DNA of 64,000 bases, taken from positions 30,131 through 94,130 of the forward strand of contig JACOUX010000006.1 in assembly GCA_016177615.1 (NCBI GenBank). The letters are read 5' to 3'. Below the pieces are notes generated by a model. That model ran no database searches. It was not told the DNA's origin and worked only from the letters and a program-made list of their open reading frames with translations. The stretch is from Candidatus Woesearchaeota archaeon (lineage in GTDB: Archaea; Nanobdellota; Nanobdellia; Woesearchaeales; GW2011-AR4). The number at the start of each line of letters is the position of its first letter. Position 1 is the stretch's first letter. A program made the translations under genes and the position numbers. Of the stretch, positions 63,727 through 64,000 are shown piece after piece.

Positions 63727-64000
63727 TATGGCAATCAAAAACCAGCTCAAGACAGCAGTATTGCTGGCGCTGCTTACCGCTGTATTCTTGTGGGTAGGCA
63801 GCTTATTTGGCAGAACAGGATTTTATTTTGCTTTAATATTTGTAGGGATAATGAACTTTGGCTCATACTGGTTTTCCGACAAAATTGTGCTGTGGATGTA
63901 TAGGGCAAAAGAAGCTAAAGAAAGCGAATATCCTAAGCTTTATAAGATTGTAAAAGAAGTCGCGAGATTAAGCAATTTGCCAATGCCAAAGGTTTATGTA
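63727..64000 (+). CDS. htpX: HtpX-like M48 membrane protease (N-terminal part; continues beyond window)
   Basis: MAIKNQLKTAVLLALLTAVFLWVGSLFG...EYPKLYKIVKEVARLSNLPMPKVYV is a typical HtpX N-terminus (TM helices then the segment before HExxH). Confidence 0.6.

Noticed and set aside
1-64000. CRISPR arrays and tRNA genes
   Set aside because: Scanned intergenic regions for regularly spaced direct repeats and for tRNA-like GC-rich ~75-nt segments (GTTCGAATC T-loop, CCA ends). None convincing. The GGTTCGGGGG boxes are parts of the inverted repeats, not tRNA T-arms.

Overview
Low-GC archaeal chromosomal segment; the gene content (fused PriS–PriL primase, PolD, short genes, many secreted/surface proteins) suggests a DPANN-like, possibly host-associated archaeon. 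The window spans a replication origin and a dense replication and information-processing neighbourhood. Replication and information-processing genes include TBP, an intein-containing MCM, an RPA32-like OB/wH protein, aIF2-beta, Orc1/Cdc6, PolD small and large subunits next to an ORB/DUE origin, RFC small subunit, FEN1, Hjc, a fused PriS–PriL primase, a Toprim protein, tRNA-splicing endonuclease, RNase Z, Trm5, TyrRS, Pelota, PAN and a 5S rRNA. Accessory content includes: (i) a 5'-terminal operon (RHH regulator, an 843-aa and a 422-aa surface protein, then a >2,400-aa secreted cysteine-rich giant protein running off the window); (ii) a 1.87-kb insertion bounded by 41–43-bp imperfect terminal inverted repeats, carrying a DprA-like (SLOG) Rossmann protein and a PRTase-domain protein but no transposase; (iii) a surface module with a pilin-like protein, a polytopic membrane protein ending in a lytic-transglycosylase (SLT/GH23) domain, and three tandem paralogous lipoproteins; (iv) a Type II-like R-M pair (beta-class N4/N6 MTase plus HNH nuclease); (v) a solo Cas4-like nuclease; (vi) a cluster of M16, M24 and two M29 peptidases next to PAN. 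The 5S rRNA appears to carry a ~29-nt hairpin insertion in loop C. No CRISPR array and no tRNA genes were found.
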